A stretch of 64,000 nt of DNA from OCS116 cluster bacterium AG-390-I16 (GTDB lineage Bacteria > Pseudomonadota > Alphaproteobacteria > MED-G09). This document shows positions 25,559 through 34,231 of the stretch, piece after piece. How positions within the stretch are numbered: the stretch's first letter is position 1; every line of letters begins with the position of its first letter. The DNA is taken from positions 91,266-155,265 of the forward strand of contig QCGZ01000002.1 of NCBI GenBank assembly GCA_003279705.1, given 5' to 3'. Position numbers and translations under genes: made by a program. The notes beneath the pieces were generated by a model. It was not told the origin of the DNA and did not search any database. It saw only the letters and a program-made list of their open reading frames with translations.

Positions 25559-27988
25559 TTAAAACTTATAGTTTAACTTCAAACCAAAATTTCTACCTGG
25601 AAGCGGAACTTCATTCTTAACGAAAGAAGAATGATTTCTCGCAACCTCATCAAGAAGATTTCTGCCAAGCAATGATAAGCTTATTTCATTTAGGTTGTTA
25701 AGAACAAAAGTTTTTCTTAAAGAAAAATCAAGCATCTCATAGGCTTCAGTCATTGTTTCCCCTTCACCTATATCATTTTGCTTCTCAACATCTTTATAAG
25801 TGAGTTTCGCTGAGAGGTTATCTTCAGAATAAGAAAGAGAAAGAATATTCCTCGCAGGTACAATTCTTGGAATATTCATACCATTTTTAAATTCACCCGT
25901 TACGGAATCTCTTCCAAGAGATAAAGTAAAATTTCCTCTATCAAAGTTGAAAACTTGACTTACTTCAATCTCATAGCCTTCTAATTCAGCATCTTTTTGA
26001 AGAAAGTTTGCTAGAATTAAACCACCATGATCATCATGATCACCATGTTCTTCATGTTCTTCATGTTCTTCTTCGGTTTCATCTTGAAGATAGATATAAT
26101 TATCAATGTTATTTTTGAAAATATTACCTCTAAAAGAGAAGTTGCTATTTTGATAATATATATTCAAATCAATATTATTAGCTTTTTCAGACTCTAGATT
26201 AGTATTGCCAACCTCAAATCGACCAGTAACAAGATGTGCTCCGTTCATAAATAATTCAACTGGAGCAGGTGCTCTTTCAACCATAGAAAGGCCTAAACTT
26301 AATGTTAAGCCATCTGTAACATCGCGAGATAAATTAACAGCAAAACTTGTTTCACTAAAATCTCTGTTGAAATACTCTATCTCTTCCTCATGTTCGTCTT
26401 CGTCATGATGTTCGTCTTCGTCATGATGTTCGTCTTCGTCATGGTGCTCTTCTTCGTCATGATGTTCGTCTTCGTCATGATGCTCTTCTTCATGAGCAAT
26501 TGAACCTTTTCTTGAAATATCATCATATCTAATACCAAAATCAAGATGGAACAAATCAAATTCTTTTGATAGATAATAACCTACAGACATTTCTTCATTA
26601 TCTGTTGGTCTCATAAATGCTTCAGCGCCTATTATTGATATTTCCTCTTCAACATAATTGATAGAAAGTTTTTGATCTGCAAAAGTATTTGAAATATCAA
26701 AGATAAATCCAAATTCTTTTGATTTATTCTCAAAATTTGTTGGCCCCTCTGCATGACCATGCTCATCATGTTCGTCTTCGTCATGATGTTCTTCTTCGTC
26801 ATGATGTTCTTCTTCGTCATGATGTTCTTCTTCAGCATGCTGTTCAGTATGAAGATAATCTGAAGATCTGAAAAAATAATTAATCTTTTTCAAAAATGAG
26901 TTATTGACCAAATATGAACCTTCAACATCAAAGATATCAGACTCTGTATTAGAAAAAATTCTTTCACCCTCATGCTCGTCTTTAGCATGATGTTCTTCTT
27001 CGTCATGATGTTCATCTTCTTCATGATGTGCTTCTTCATCATGATGCTCGTCTTCGTCATGCATACCATGATCTTCGTGACCTTCACCATGGAAAGGAAC
27101 TCCAAAAAGACTTTCAGAGTTTCTATATGAAAGGCCAAAATGCCCCCATTCTCCTGTCTTAGAAATTCCAAATCTTTGGGTGGTTGACTCAAAGTCAGAA
27201 TTCTCTAAGTACCCAAGATTTTCTTCGTCATGATGCTCGTCTTCGTCATGATGCTCGTCTTCGTCATGATGTTCCTCTTCATCATGATGTTCTTCTTCGT
27301 CATGATGTTCATCTTCCATATGAATTATTGCACCATTAGGAATATCATAATTATCGAACTGAGAGTCTTTATATGCTAAACTTACATTAAAACCACCAAA
27401 ATTGTTTTGATATGAAATACTTCCAGACTCTCCATCATTAACAGACTGGCCTTCTAGTCCAATATTCAGTTTTGCATCTTTAAAATCTTCTCTAGCAATT
27501 GTATTATCAATAATGTTAACAATACCTCCAATAGTTCCACTAGAATACAATAAAGATGATGGTCCTCTAACTATTTCAACTTGTTGAATATTATTTAAAT
27601 CTACCTCATTCATGTGATCATCGCCAATGGTTGAAACATCTCGTAAGGTTCTCCCATTGTTCATAATTCTCACTCTATTGCCTGATAAACCTCTAATGAT
27701 AGGATGACCAACGGCGGAACCAAAATCTGATGACTGGACACCAAGAAGGTTATCTAGTGACTCACCCAAGCTAAGTGTTGTATCAAAAATTGTATCATTA
27801 CCATCAACAATATGAATTGGATCATCAAGATCTGAAAGATTTGTATCTATATATGATGAAGTAACTACTATCTCATCCGTTCCACTTGAAACATCAACGG
27901 TTTCATCAGCATATAAAAATTTACTGTGTATTGTTAAAGCACCCACAAGTAAAAGTACTGTAATTAAATTTTTCAATTTAAACTCCAT
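25559..27988 (-). CDS. TonB-dependent outer-membrane receptor with five His/Asp/Glu-rich repeat inserts
   Basis: 809 aa. Signal peptide, plug domain (HPIIRGLSGNRVRIMNNG, VEIVRGPSSLLYSSGTIGGIVNII), C-terminal barrel strand GRNFGLKLNYKF. Five inserts of HHDE[DE]E repeats (listed as separate repeat features). Confidence 0.85.
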   Translation of the reverse strand: MEFKLKNLITVLLLVGALTIHSKFLYADETVDVSSGTDEIVVTSSYIDTNLSDLDDPIHIVDGNDTIFDTTLSLGESLDNLLGVQSSDFGSAVGHPIIRGLSGNRVRIMNNGRTLRDVSTIGDDHMNEVDLNNIQQVEIVRGPSSLLYSSGTIGGIVNIIDNTIAREDFKDAKLNIGLEGQSVNDGESGSISYQNNFGGFNVSLAYKDSQFDNYDIPNGAIIHMEDEHHDEEEHHDEEEHHDEDEHHDEDEHHDEENLGYLENSDFESTTQRFGISKTGEWGHFGLSYRNSESLFGVPFHGEGHEDHGMHDEDEHHDEEAHHEEDEHHDEEEHHAKDEHEGERIFSNTESDIFDVEGSYLVNNSFLKKINYFFRSSDYLHTEQHAEEEHHDEEEHHDEEEHHDEDEHDEHGHAEGPTNFENKSKEFGFIFDISNTFADQKLSINYVEEEISIIGAEAFMRPTDNEEMSVGYYLSKEFDLFHLDFGIRYDDISRKGSIAHEEEHHDEDEHHDEEEHHDEDEHHDEDEHHDEDEHEEEIEYFNRDFSETSFAVNLSRDVTDGLTLSLGLSMVERAPAPVELFMNGAHLVTGRFEVGNTNLESEKANNIDLNIYYQNSNFSFRGNIFKNNIDNYIYLQDETEEEHEEHEEHGDHDDHGGLILANFLQKDAELEGYEIEVSQVFNFDRGNFTLSLGRDSVTGEFKNGMNIPRIVPARNILSLSYSEDNLSAKLTYKDVEKQNDIGEGETMTEAYEMLDFSLRKTFVLNNLNEISLSLLGRNLLDEVARNHSSFVKNEVPLPGRNFGLKLNYKF
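26021..26083 (-). repeat. HDE-rich coding repeat block 5 (DETEEEHEEHEEHGDHDDHGG)
   Basis: Read directly by reverse-complementing 26021-26083. 21 codons, 5 His. Confidence 0.9.
26381..26497 (-). repeat. HDE-rich coding repeat block 4 (AHEEEHHDEDEHHDEEEHHDEDEHHDEDEHHDEDEHEEE)
   Basis: 39 codons, 12 His. 18-nt period (catcatgacgaagacgaa). Confidence 0.9.
26747..26851 (-). repeat. HDE-rich coding repeat block 3 (HTEQHAEEEHHDEEEHHDEEEHHDEDEHDEHGHAE)
   Basis: 35 codons, 11 His. 18-nt period. Confidence 0.9.
26963..27091 (-). repeat. HDE-rich coding repeat block 2 (HGEGHEDHGMHDEDEHHDEEAHHEEDEHHDEEEHHAKDEHEGE)
   Basis: 43 codons, 13 His. Confidence 0.9.
27221..27322 (-). repeat. HDE-rich coding repeat block 1 (HMEDEHHDEEEHHDEEEHHDEDEHHDEDEHHDEE)
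   Basis: 34 codons, 11 His. Five consecutive HHDExE hexapeptides. Confidence 0.9.
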
Positions 27989-28011
27989 ATTAAAAGTTAA
28001 TAAAAAAGAAT

Positions 28012-28293
28012 TTAAATTTTAGGGGGAGCTCGTGAATGAAAGGTTGTATAAAATTGGGGAGTAAAATTATCTAGATTTTTAAAATTACTTAAATCAGATA
28101 AAAATAACGTCTTCGAAGGAATATCAATAATGTCTTCAAATAAATCATTGATACAAAAATGACACTCTTCTTCAGAATGATTAGTATCATATTCTTCATG
28201 GTAGTGAGTTTCTATAGAAGAAATAGATAGAAAGAAAATTCCTATTAGAATTACTAAATATTTTTTATTAAATAGATTGATAAATTTATTCAT
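28012..28293 (-). CDS. Small exported/anchored His- and Cys-rich protein
   Basis: 93 aa. N-terminal hydrophobic segment (YLVILIGIFFLSISS), then THYHEEYDTNHSEEECHFC. The start overlaps the upstream MerC-like stop by 8 nt, and the ORF ends 23 nt before the receptor start. Confidence 0.5.
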   Translation of the reverse strand: MNKFINLFNKKYLVILIGIFFLSISSIETHYHEEYDTNHSEEECHFCINDLFEDIIDIPSKTLFLSDLSNFKNLDNFTPQFYTTFHSRAPPKI

Positions 28294-28696
28294 GACAATC
28301 GCATTCTAAATGATTACAAAGTTTGTAATTTTTATAATGAGAAAATGTTATTAAAAAAGACCCTACAATTGTTAATAAAATCTCTCCAGAAATGATTTTT
28401 ATTGGTAATTCTATTAATAATGCAGAAACTAAAATTGCTAGCCCAAGTAATCCAACAAAAAATATAAAAGAATTTTTATGATTATTTAAACCAACTATTA
28501 AGGCAAAAGAACTTATAGGAACCACTAAAAATAGAAGCATGTAATGAATTAATTCACTATTTAATGTTATAGATATGAAACTAGATAGTGCGACCATAAG
28601 GGAGGGAAATAAAAGACAGTGAAATAAACAAAGCACTGAAATACCTACTGAAACTTTATCAGAAACCTTTTGTGCATCTATTAATTGTGCAAACAT
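28286..28696 (-). CDS. MerC-like inner-membrane metal-transport protein
   Basis: 136 aa, 4 TM. The first TM carries LCLFHCLLFP (C-x2-H-C), analogous to the MerC TM1 Cys pair. Cytoplasmic tail CNHLECDCHE. Family assignment from memory. Confidence 0.55.
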   Translation of the reverse strand: MFAQLIDAQKVSDKVSVGISVLCLFHCLLFPSLMVALSSFISITLNSELIHYMLLFLVVPISSFALIVGLNNHKNSFIFFVGLLGLAILVSALLIELPIKIISGEILLTIVGSFLITFSHYKNYKLCNHLECDCHE

Positions 28697-28858
28697 ATCC
28701 CACTCAGCTTTATAAAATAATATAAAATAATATTTTTAAAGTAATTTTAAGTTATTTAATATTATTTATGCTCATTTTGCCCATAACACAAGTATATAAT
28801 TGTGATTAAAACTAAACATTTAAACCTTATCATCAAAATGGTTTTTCTGTGGAAGGAA

Positions 28859-28933
28859 TGGTAGTCCCTAGGGGAATCGAACCCCTCTTTCCAGGTTGAA
28901 AACCTGGCGTCCTAACCGATAGACGAAGGGACC
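28859..28933 (-). tRNA. tRNA-Glu (anticodon UUC)
   Basis: Hand fold: GGTCCCT TC GTC TATCGGTTAGGAC GCCAGG TTTTCAA CCTGG AAAG AGGGG TTCGATT CCCCT AGGGACT A CCA. G1-U72 wobble. Close to my recollection of E. coli tRNA-Glu. Confidence 0.9.
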
Positions 28934-28965
28934 AAAGTTTATAAAACTTATATAAGTGTAAATTC

Positions 28966-30750
28966 CTAAGCTGTAAAGAGGTCTCTAATATGAAATTGTA
29001 CGGCTTTATTACCCTGCCAATCATTTTTTTTAATAACACCGGCAAAGTGTAACAATGATCCAGAATGATTCATTATAATATCACCCAAAGGAGTACCTTT
29101 TGAGCTAAAGGCAATTGCATCAATATTCCCATAATTTGCATTAGAAATTTTAATTTTAAGGTGACCATTTCCTACCTCAGACCAATAATCAATTTTTGCA
29201 TTTTTAATGATAAATTGCGGCTCAGGATTGCCTTGACCATAAGGAGAAGCTACTTCAACTAAATTATATAAGTTTCTGTTAATATTAGAAGAATCTATTA
29301 TATCATCATAATAATTTATCTTATTTAATGTAGTGTTATTTGATTGCAAATATACTTCTTCCTCACAAAATTCCTTAAAATCATCAAAAGTATCGTTATT
29401 AAGTGAAAAACCAGCAGCCATTTTGTGACCACCACCTGATATAAGTAAATTTTTATTAACAGCCTTTATTATGAGCTTACCAATATCTATTCCAGAGATA
29501 GATCTTGCAGATCCAGTAAGTCTTCCTTCAGAAAAACTTATAACAAAAGATGGTCTGTAATATTTATCCTTAAGTCTACTAGCAACAATACCTAAAACTC
29601 CCAAATGCCAATTTTTACCTGAAACAATTAGTGAATTAGGAATAATATTTAATTTTTTATTTATAATATTAGCTTCAACATCATTAATAGCTTCAAAAAG
29701 TACTGTTTCTTCAATATTTTGCCTTTGTTTATTTAAATTATTTAATCTTTCAGAAATAGCTAAAACCTCGTCTTCATTTCTTGATGTGAGCAATCTAAAA
29801 CCTAGATCTGAAGATCCAGTCCTTCCTGCCGCGTTTATTCTTGGACCAATTCTGTAACCAAGCTCAGTAATACCTATATCTTTAGATCCTGAAACAGATC
29901 TTAATCCTTCGATACCAAGGCGAGGGTTTCTTGAAATTACATCAATACCCTCTTTTACAAAGGCTCTATTAAGGCCTTTTAACTGAACAACATCACAAAC
30001 AGTTCCCAAAGCAACCAAATCTAAGTATTGTTTTAATGATGGCTCTTGTGTGTCTGGAAAAATATTCTTATCCCTTATGGCTCTTCTTAATCCGACGACA
30101 AAGATGAAAGTAAGACCAACAGCAGCCAAATCATTTAAACCGGAATTATCTTCATTTCTTGAGGGATTAATATGTGCATAAGACTCAGGAAGTTGGTTAT
30201 CAACTTTATGATGATCTATTATTATTGAGTTCATGCCTTTTGAGACTGCATAAATCATTGGTTCAATAGAGGTTGCGCCACAATCAACAGTAATAAAAGT
30301 ATTAATTCCGTTATCATAAAAAAAATCAATTGCAGATTTATTGGGCCCATAGCCCTCTTTTAAACGATCAGGTATGTATATTTCGGTTTTCACACCATAA
30401 TGATCAAAAAATAATTTTAATATTGAAGATGATGTTGCTCCATCTACATCATAGTCACCCAAAATACCAATTTTTTCTTTTTTTGATATACATTCAGCAA
30501 TAAAATCAACACCTTTATCAAGGTCAAATAACTTACTTGGATCCAAAATTAACTTATTCACTTCAGGATTTAAAAAAGAGTCAACATCAGAGGAATGAAT
30601 TTCTCTTCCAGCAAGAATTTTGGCTAGTAATTTAGGGATTTTATTTTCATTTTCAATACTAGATATTTTTTCTAAATCCGATACTCTTTCTTTCCAAAGA
30701 GATCCCTTAGCAGAAAATTTATTTTCTAAAAAAGATCCGTTATTTGTCAT
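28966..30750 (-). CDS. recJ: Single-stranded-DNA-specific exonuclease RecJ
   Basis: 594 aa. DHH motifs GDYDVDGATSS, TVDCG, IIIDHHK, and DHHA1 GGGHKMAAG. Confidence 0.9.
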   Translation of the reverse strand: MTNNGSFLENKFSAKGSLWKERVSDLEKISSIENENKIPKLLAKILAGREIHSSDVDSFLNPEVNKLILDPSKLFDLDKGVDFIAECISKKEKIGILGDYDVDGATSSSILKLFFDHYGVKTEIYIPDRLKEGYGPNKSAIDFFYDNGINTFITVDCGATSIEPMIYAVSKGMNSIIIDHHKVDNQLPESYAHINPSRNEDNSGLNDLAAVGLTFIFVVGLRRAIRDKNIFPDTQEPSLKQYLDLVALGTVCDVVQLKGLNRAFVKEGIDVISRNPRLGIEGLRSVSGSKDIGITELGYRIGPRINAAGRTGSSDLGFRLLTSRNEDEVLAISERLNNLNKQRQNIEETVLFEAINDVEANIINKKLNIIPNSLIVSGKNWHLGVLGIVASRLKDKYYRPSFVISFSEGRLTGSARSISGIDIGKLIIKAVNKNLLISGGGHKMAAGFSLNNDTFDDFKEFCEEEVYLQSNNTTLNKINYYDDIIDSSNINRNLYNLVEVASPYGQGNPEPQFIIKNAKIDYWSEVGNGHLKIKISNANYGNIDAIAFSSKGTPLGDIIMNHSGSLLHFAGVIKKNDWQGNKAVQFHIRDLFTA

Positions 30751-30755
30751 TACTT

Positions 30756-31721
30756 TTACAAATTAAACTTTTCTTTATTTGTATGATGAGATTTTATCCA
30801 ACGAACAGTTCCGCTTGACGACCTCATAACAACTGTATTTGTCCATAAACCGTTATTATTCTCAATTCCAGTCAACATTGAGCCATTTGTGACCCCAGTT
30901 GCGGCAAATAAAGCATCACCACTAACTAATTCATTTAATGAATAAATTTTATTGTAATCAGAAATACCCATTTTAGAAGCTCTGTCCTTCTTTTCCTGAT
31001 CCTCAAGAACAAGTTTGGCTTGCATTTGTCCACCCGTACATCTAAGTGCTGCTGCAGCTAAAACACCTTCAGGGGCACCGCCAACACCCATATACATATC
31101 AATACCAGTTTGAGGGTCGGTTGTATGAATAACTCCAGCAATATCCCCATCAGGAATAAGCTTAACTCTTGCGCCTGAAGAACGAATAGACTCAATAATA
31201 TCTGCATGTCTGGGTCTATCAAGGACACAAACTGTTACAAATTCAATTGGTTTTTTAGTTGCTTTACTATAAGCCTTAACATTAACATCAGGGTCTTCAT
31301 CTAAATGAACAAGATCATTAGGACAACCTGGTCCAATAGCAATTTTATCCATGTAAACATCTGCTGCATTTAATAAAGATCCTTTCTCAGCCATTGCAAT
31401 AGTCGTAAGAGCATCAGCTTGACCTTTTGCAGTCAAGGTTGTCCCTTCTAATGGGTCTAGAGCAATATCAACTTTTGGACCATTACCTGTTCCAACTTTC
31501 TCACCAATGAATAACATTGGAGCTTCATCTCTTTCACCCTCCCCGATAACGACTTCACCTTGAATATCAAGTTTGTTAAGCTCTTTTCTCATCGCATCAA
31601 CTGCGGCTTGGTCAGCCTCTTTTTCATTACCTCTTCCAACTAATAAAGAGGATGCAACTGCAGCCCTCTCAGTAACTCTAACTAATTCAAGAGTCAGTAT
31701 TCTATCAATAGTATTACTCAT
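30756..31721 (-). CDS. glpX: Class II fructose-1,6-bisphosphatase
   Basis: 321 aa. GRGNEKEADQAAVDAMR, DPLEGT and GVGGAPEGVLAAAALRC are typical GlpX motifs. Confidence 0.9.
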   Translation of the reverse strand: MSNTIDRILTLELVRVTERAAVASSLLVGRGNEKEADQAAVDAMRKELNKLDIQGEVVIGEGERDEAPMLFIGEKVGTGNGPKVDIALDPLEGTTLTAKGQADALTTIAMAEKGSLLNAADVYMDKIAIGPGCPNDLVHLDEDPDVNVKAYSKATKKPIEFVTVCVLDRPRHADIIESIRSSGARVKLIPDGDIAGVIHTTDPQTGIDMYMGVGGAPEGVLAAAALRCTGGQMQAKLVLEDQEKKDRASKMGISDYNKIYSLNELVSGDALFAATGVTNGSMLTGIENNNGLWTNTVVMRSSSGTVRWIKSHHTNKEKFNL

Positions 31722-31733
31722 TTAAACACCTCA

Positions 31734-33038
31734 TTAATTGTCCTTTAGGACAGGTAAAAAAATTGGATTCAATGAAATTAAATCCGTATTTATTAATTCT
31801 AAAAAAGCAGAATTAATTGAATCTGTATCAACAGGATGTGTAAGCATAATAACAGGGGTAGAATTTTTTTCATCCTTTAAATGCACATCTCCTCTTTGAA
31901 TAACTTGATCAATAGAAATACCATTTTTTTCTAAAATTGATGTGAATTTTGCCATTGAACCTTTTTGATCAACTAAAAATGTCCTTAAATAATAACACCT
32001 ATTTGAAATTTCAATATTGTTAACTGAGTTAGTTAAATCATCAAAAGATTTACCAAAAAGATGACTTTTTGTACCTTGAGAAAAATCTATAATGTCAGAT
32101 AAAACAGAGGCAGATGTAGGTCCTTCACCTGCACCCTCGCCTTCTAAAATAAGAGTTCCATTATAATCAGTATTAATACAAACTACATTACTTACACCTT
32201 CCACTGTTCCAAGAGAACTATCTTCATCAACGAGCATAGGGGATATTTCTTTTGATATTTTTCCATTAATTAAAGATGATTTACCAACTAATTTAATTTT
32301 ATATCCAAGTTCTTTAGCGTATTTATGATCAATAGTTTGAATCTTCTCAATACCTGTTACATTGGTATTTTCTAATGATGGAAACTCACCAAAACTTAAC
32401 GCACTTATAATAGATAATTTATGAGCAGCATCCATACCATTAATATCAAATGAAGGATTTGCCTCTGCATAACCTAATTCTTGAGCTTCAATCAAAGCTT
32501 CATCGAAATTTTTATTTGCTGAATTCATCCTAGATAAAATAAAATTTGAAGTGCCATTTAAAATACCAAAAATATCATTTATTTTATCAAGAAAAAGTCC
32601 ACTCTTAAGTGTTTTAATAATTGGTATTCCGCCTGCTACTGCGGCTTCATAACCAAAGAAAACATTATTTTTACTAGAAATTTCTGATAAAATTTTGCCA
32701 TTGGTTGATATGAGTGCTTTATTAGCAGTAATGAAACCTTTTTTATTTTTAATAGTTTCAATTGCTAAATCAAAAGCTATACCTTTTTCTCCACCAATAA
32801 GTTCAATAATAAGATCAATGTCTTTATTTTTAGCAAGATCCAATGGGTTATCATACCAGCTAAACCCTTCAATACTAACTGACCTTTTTTTTGTCTTATT
32901 TGACGCAGAGACACCAAGAATATTATATTCAAGATCATATTTTTCTTTAAGATTTTCTTTATTTCTTGAGAGATTACTTATAACACCACACCCAACTGTA
33001 CCTAAACCTGCGATGCCAATGTTAATTGTTTTACTCAT
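31734..33038 (-). CDS. hom: Homoserine dehydrogenase (with C-terminal ACT domain)
   Basis: GLGTVG NAD motif, GILNGTSNFIL, EADPSFDINGMDAAHKL-type motif. C-terminal ACT-like domain. Confidence 0.9.
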   Translation of the reverse strand: MSKTINIGIAGLGTVGCGVISNLSRNKENLKEKYDLEYNILGVSASNKTKKRSVSIEGFSWYDNPLDLAKNKDIDLIIELIGGEKGIAFDLAIETIKNKKGFITANKALISTNGKILSEISSKNNVFFGYEAAVAGGIPIIKTLKSGLFLDKINDIFGILNGTSNFILSRMNSANKNFDEALIEAQELGYAEANPSFDINGMDAAHKLSIISALSFGEFPSLENTNVTGIEKIQTIDHKYAKELGYKIKLVGKSSLINGKISKEISPMLVDEDSSLGTVEGVSNVVCINTDYNGTLILEGEGAGEGPTSASVLSDIIDFSQGTKSHLFGKSFDDLTNSVNNIEISNRCYYLRTFLVDQKGSMAKFTSILEKNGISIDQVIQRGDVHLKDEKNSTPVIMLTHPVDTDSINSAFLELINTDLISLNPIFLPVLKDN

Positions 33039-34206
33039 CCATCAGCCTTTTTAAATTTCTTGCAGCTTGTCTAATTCTTTGTTCATTTTCTACCATTGAA
33101 AGTCTAACATATCCCTCACCATACTCACCAAAACCGTCGCCAGGTGAAACTGCAATGTCAGCCTTTTCAATTAACATTTTTGAAAACTCAAGAGAGGATA
33201 GATGTTTAAATTTTTCTGGAAGCGAAGACCATGCAAACATTGTTGCCTTTGGTGATGGAATGTTCCACCCAGACCTAGAGAATGATTCGACCAAAACATC
33301 CCTTCTTTGTCTATACACATCTCTAATTTCTTCAATTACAGAATCATCACTATTTAAAGCTGCAGCTGAAGCTACTTGTATCGGAGTAAATGCTCCATAA
33401 TCCAAATAAGATTTAATTCTTGTGAGGGCTGATATTAAGTATTCATTTCCTACTGCGAATCCCATTCTCCACCCCGGCATAGAAAAGCTTTTTGATAAAG
33501 ATGTAAATTCAACTGCGATTTCTTTAGCTCCCTCAACTTCTAAAATAGATGGTGGTCTATCATTTTGATCAAAATAAATTTCAGCATAAGCAAGGTCAGA
33601 TAATAAAATTATGTCATGTTTTTTTGCATATGGAACAATTTCCTTATAAAAATCTAATGAACAAATTTCTGCTGTAGGATTAGAAGGAAAATTTAGAATC
33701 ATTGCCTTTATATCTTTCTTCGAATTTTCAACTTTTTCAGAAATTTCAGTCATTAAATCTATTTCAGAATTAATATTGTAATGTATCAGATTGGCATCAT
33801 TTATTATAAATCCAAAGGCATGAATTGGATAAGCAGGATTAGGTACCAAAATTGTATCCCCAGGCGAGGCAAGTACCTGAGCCATATTTGCAAGACCCTC
33901 TTTAGAACCAATAGTTGCAATAATTTCTTTGTCATAATCCAGCTTTACATTAAATCTTCTTTCGTAATATTTAGCATTTGCTTTTCTAAGACCGGTAATG
34001 CCCCTTGAAGCAGAATATCGATGCATTTTTGTATCTTGACTAGTCTCAACCAACTTATCCACTATATGCTTAGGTGTAGGAATATCAGGATTTCCCATAC
34101 CAAAATCAATTATGTCACTTCCTTTAGCTCGAGCAGTATCTTTAATTCTGTTTACCTCTGTAAAAACATAAGGTGGTAATCTTTTAAGTTTTTCTAATTC
34201 TCTCAT
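33031..34206 (-). CDS. Class I/II PLP-dependent aminotransferase (aspartate/LL-DAP/AlaC-like)
   Basis: 391 aa. PLP Lys context SLSKSFSMPGWRMGF, and NPSNPT-like FPSNPT. Confidence 0.85.
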   Translation of the reverse strand: MRELEKLKRLPPYVFTEVNRIKDTARAKGSDIIDFGMGNPDIPTPKHIVDKLVETSQDTKMHRYSASRGITGLRKANAKYYERRFNVKLDYDKEIIATIGSKEGLANMAQVLASPGDTILVPNPAYPIHAFGFIINDANLIHYNINSEIDLMTEISEKVENSKKDIKAMILNFPSNPTAEICSLDFYKEIVPYAKKHDIILLSDLAYAEIYFDQNDRPPSILEVEGAKEIAVEFTSLSKSFSMPGWRMGFAVGNEYLISALTRIKSYLDYGAFTPIQVASAAALNSDDSVIEEIRDVYRQRRDVLVESFSRSGWNIPSPKATMFAWSSLPEKFKHLSSLEFSKMLIEKADIAVSPGDGFGEYGEGYVRLSMVENEQRIRQAARNLKRLMDE

Positions 34207-34231
34207 TATTCAACTATATTTTTAAAAAGAA

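Noticed and set aside
26205-27192. Track ORFs on both strands inside the receptor gene (26205-26408 on the plus strand; 26377-26559, 26632-26838 and 26890-27192 on the minus strand), the latter with odd MTKKNIMTKKNIMTKTN repeats.
   Set aside because: The minus-strand ones are out-of-frame readings of the 18-nt HDE repeat. The plus-strand one is an antisense ORF inside the same gene. The 809-aa minus-strand frame has complete receptor landmarks, so all four are artefacts.
26021-27322. Regularly spaced short repeats that at first glance could suggest a CRISPR-like or satellite array.
   Set aside because: The period is 18 nt with no unique spacers. All blocks lie in one continuous ORF and encode HHDExE hexapeptides. 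No cas genes or leader are present.
28833-29045. 70-aa ORF in the track.
   Set aside because: It overlaps tRNA-Glu (28859-28933) and the recJ 3' end, and its sequence is simply the tRNA read as protein.
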